A stretch of 63,291 nt of DNA, counting the filler, from Choristocarpus tenellus KU-1152 (taxonomy: Eukaryota > Protista > Phaeophyceae): assembly GCA_964200185.2 (NCBI GenBank). It is 12 parts of 12 records of this genome, joined end to end, with 100 filler letters (N's around TTAATTAATTAA, not from the genome) between each part and the next. Parts side by side here need not be neighbours in the genome. Positions count along the whole stretch, not along the records: positions 59,927 to 63,291 come from CAXNAD020020509.1; 11 more parts are not named here. One strand, 5' to 3'. The notes under the pieces were generated by a model. It did no database searches, was not told the DNA's origin, and was given only the letters and a program-made list of their open reading frames with translations. Shown here piece by piece: positions 61,450-63,291 of this stretch. The number at the start of each line of letters is the position of its first letter. Within the stretch, counting starts at the first letter, position 1. Position numbers and translations under genes: made by a program.

Positions 61450-63291
61450 GTTCCAACTTCTTCTATCCTATAATCCTTTCAGTCACTCTGACTATCGATG
61501 CCTTATTCTCTTGTTCTGGCATACACCAGCTAATCCCCACCTTGTCTTTCGGGTATACAGTTGTTGCGTACTGAGAGGTCTTCTGGAGAAGCCACTCATC
61601 TCTCTCCAGTTGAATTCCTCCTAATGTCCATCCTTCGACCATACCCTCCACTAGGGTGACTGGAAGTCAAAAACTGGACCTGAGCACCACCTGTCTCCTC
61701 CTCTTTCATCCTTCTGTGACTTTCACACTGGTACCTATAGGGAAGAGACGTAACACATCCTCTCGGGGCAAGAGTCCTTCTTGGTGAAAACACTAGTTGG
61801 GCATGGTCTTGTGTTAGGATCGTAAAGGTCCCAGAAGGCATGATAAACATCCAACTATAGTGAGGTAAAGCTGCTCATTGCTATTGTTTTTGTTATCCAG
61901 TCTGACAATTATTCGTCTTAGAACTTTCCTTTGTGCTAAATGCCATTTGCTAAGGGCTGACAAGGTTACACTGCTACTGCAGGATCTGGGAGTTGGGACT
62001 CTGACAAAAGGTACCCATGGTGACTGTTGGGGATGGTCAAGCCTTGACCTTCTCTAAATGAAAGTATGCTCTGGTGTTGTCTACAAAATGTTTCTCCTAT
62101 AATAATTTCGTAAGGCAGCTCCAACACTATCCTAAATGTCACATTTCACACTTTATCCTCTGATACCTGCATTGGTGGAATATTGCACCCTCTGGGGTTT
62201 GCTGCTTGTAAAGGTACCTTTGCCTGCTACATGAGATGTGGCAAGCCCTTGCCACTCCCCAAAAGAGCAGTGCTGCGCCAAAAAACAGATGAGACGTATT
62301 TCTCCCCTCTCCTGCACCTGTGTCAAGGAGTACAAGGGATAAGCATTCTCGAGTGGACTTTGTGGATGAAATTGCAGAGCAGATATCCATACTTGACTAG
62401 TACGATGGGCAGGTGACATGGTGAATATGGTCGAGTTGGGAATGGGAGTCTTACTGTCTATATTTGGAATGACAGGGATCCCGGAAGCCTCAGACTCCAG
62501 GGCGCTGCTTCAAGATGACTCTGGAGCGTCTGAATTGGTTGGGCTTCTCGCGAATAGTGGAGGGAGTTCCGATTCTTGCATTGCTCCTAGGTGTTGGAGA
62601 TGTGTGTCCATTAAGGCCACGGTCGTACGCGACTCTTCAGTGGTTTGAGCACCTGGAGATCCCTGGTAGGTTCTCGAAAGGTATGAGAAGCATCCCTTGG
62701 GAACTACTGAGTCATCGTGTGTGTACCTGCCCTTGCCGCTTATGAACCTGAAGCAGTCTTGACCATAGGCATGATGAAAGCAACTTGGTGTGCCTTTAGC
62801 CATATATCAACCCCGTCCTTGGAGGCAGACGATGGAGGTAAGTGTTTGCCTGAATGTTGTTGACTTGCATCGCTCGCCCTGTCCGTGACTAAGGAAGGTG
62901 GGGGTCGAAGCACAGGCTGGGGAACGGATGTAACTGGTCGAACAGGTTTTGATATTGCATTTTGGAATGAAAGAGGTCCCGTGTTTCCTACAAATGGAGG
63001 CAGGTTGGTTATTGAAGGCAGCACAGAGAGTGGGCGAGGAGTTCTGGGTTTTATAACAGGTTGAAGCATCGGCGTGAGGGCTTCCAGCACACTATTGACA
63101 ACCTCTTGGTGTGCCAGTGAAATTTGGCTTGTTACCTCTTAGTGCATGGACGCCCTGTCCTGTCGATTGGGGTTTCGGCTGAGACGGTAAAAGGGTGTGA
63201 CATGCTAGCAAACATGGCACATGCATCTGTTCGATTAGACTCTTCCAACTCTATCGGACAGTTACGGTAAATTATTTATGGAGTAATGGAA
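61450..63291 (-). mobile_element. Possible highly degenerate retroelement ORF
   Basis: Intron-less, fragmented ORFs: a Pro-rich segment, a Cys/His segment (CFHH...CFRF...YTH) and weak RT-like remnants (LDVYHAFW). Many stops. Confidence 0.3.

Overview
This window is not one locus. It is 12 short eukaryotic contigs joined by 100-nt artificial spacers (44N-TTAATTAATTAA-44N). Contigs: 1-5588, 5689-10381, 10482-18516, 18617-23950, 24051-32582, 32683-36556, 36657-42611, 42712-46895, 46996-49937, 50038-54829, 54930-59826, 59927-63291. The DNA is intron-rich (GT-AG) and repeat-rich, with interstitial TTAGGG tracts and a 72-nt LRR exon. This suggests a brown alga or close stramenopile relative (inference only). 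Genes rebuilt by hand from splice sites: a complete 7-exon RPF2; partial RRP41 (with a GC-AG intron) head-to-head with a CS/NudC-like protein carrying an N-terminal targeting-like leader; the 3' end of a KCR/HSD17B12-type SDR; a 5'-truncated TORTIFOLIA1/SPIRAL2-like microtubule minus-end protein; the C-terminus of a CDK10/11-type kinase; a CFAP53-like exon; an LRR exon with decayed downstream exons; and an unidentified many-exon gene. Mobile DNA: three MITE families with related termini around a CAAAGTA core, a fold-back element nested in one of them, a solo-LTR-like insertion with a 4-bp TSD, a copia gag-protease fragment with a half-tRNA-type PBS, CRE-like and RTE-like LINE remnants, and tRNA-like heads. 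No prokaryotic systems or CRISPR arrays are present. The best candidate for novelty is the SPIRAL2-like gene with an extra inserted domain. All family assignments come from recalled motifs, not database searches.
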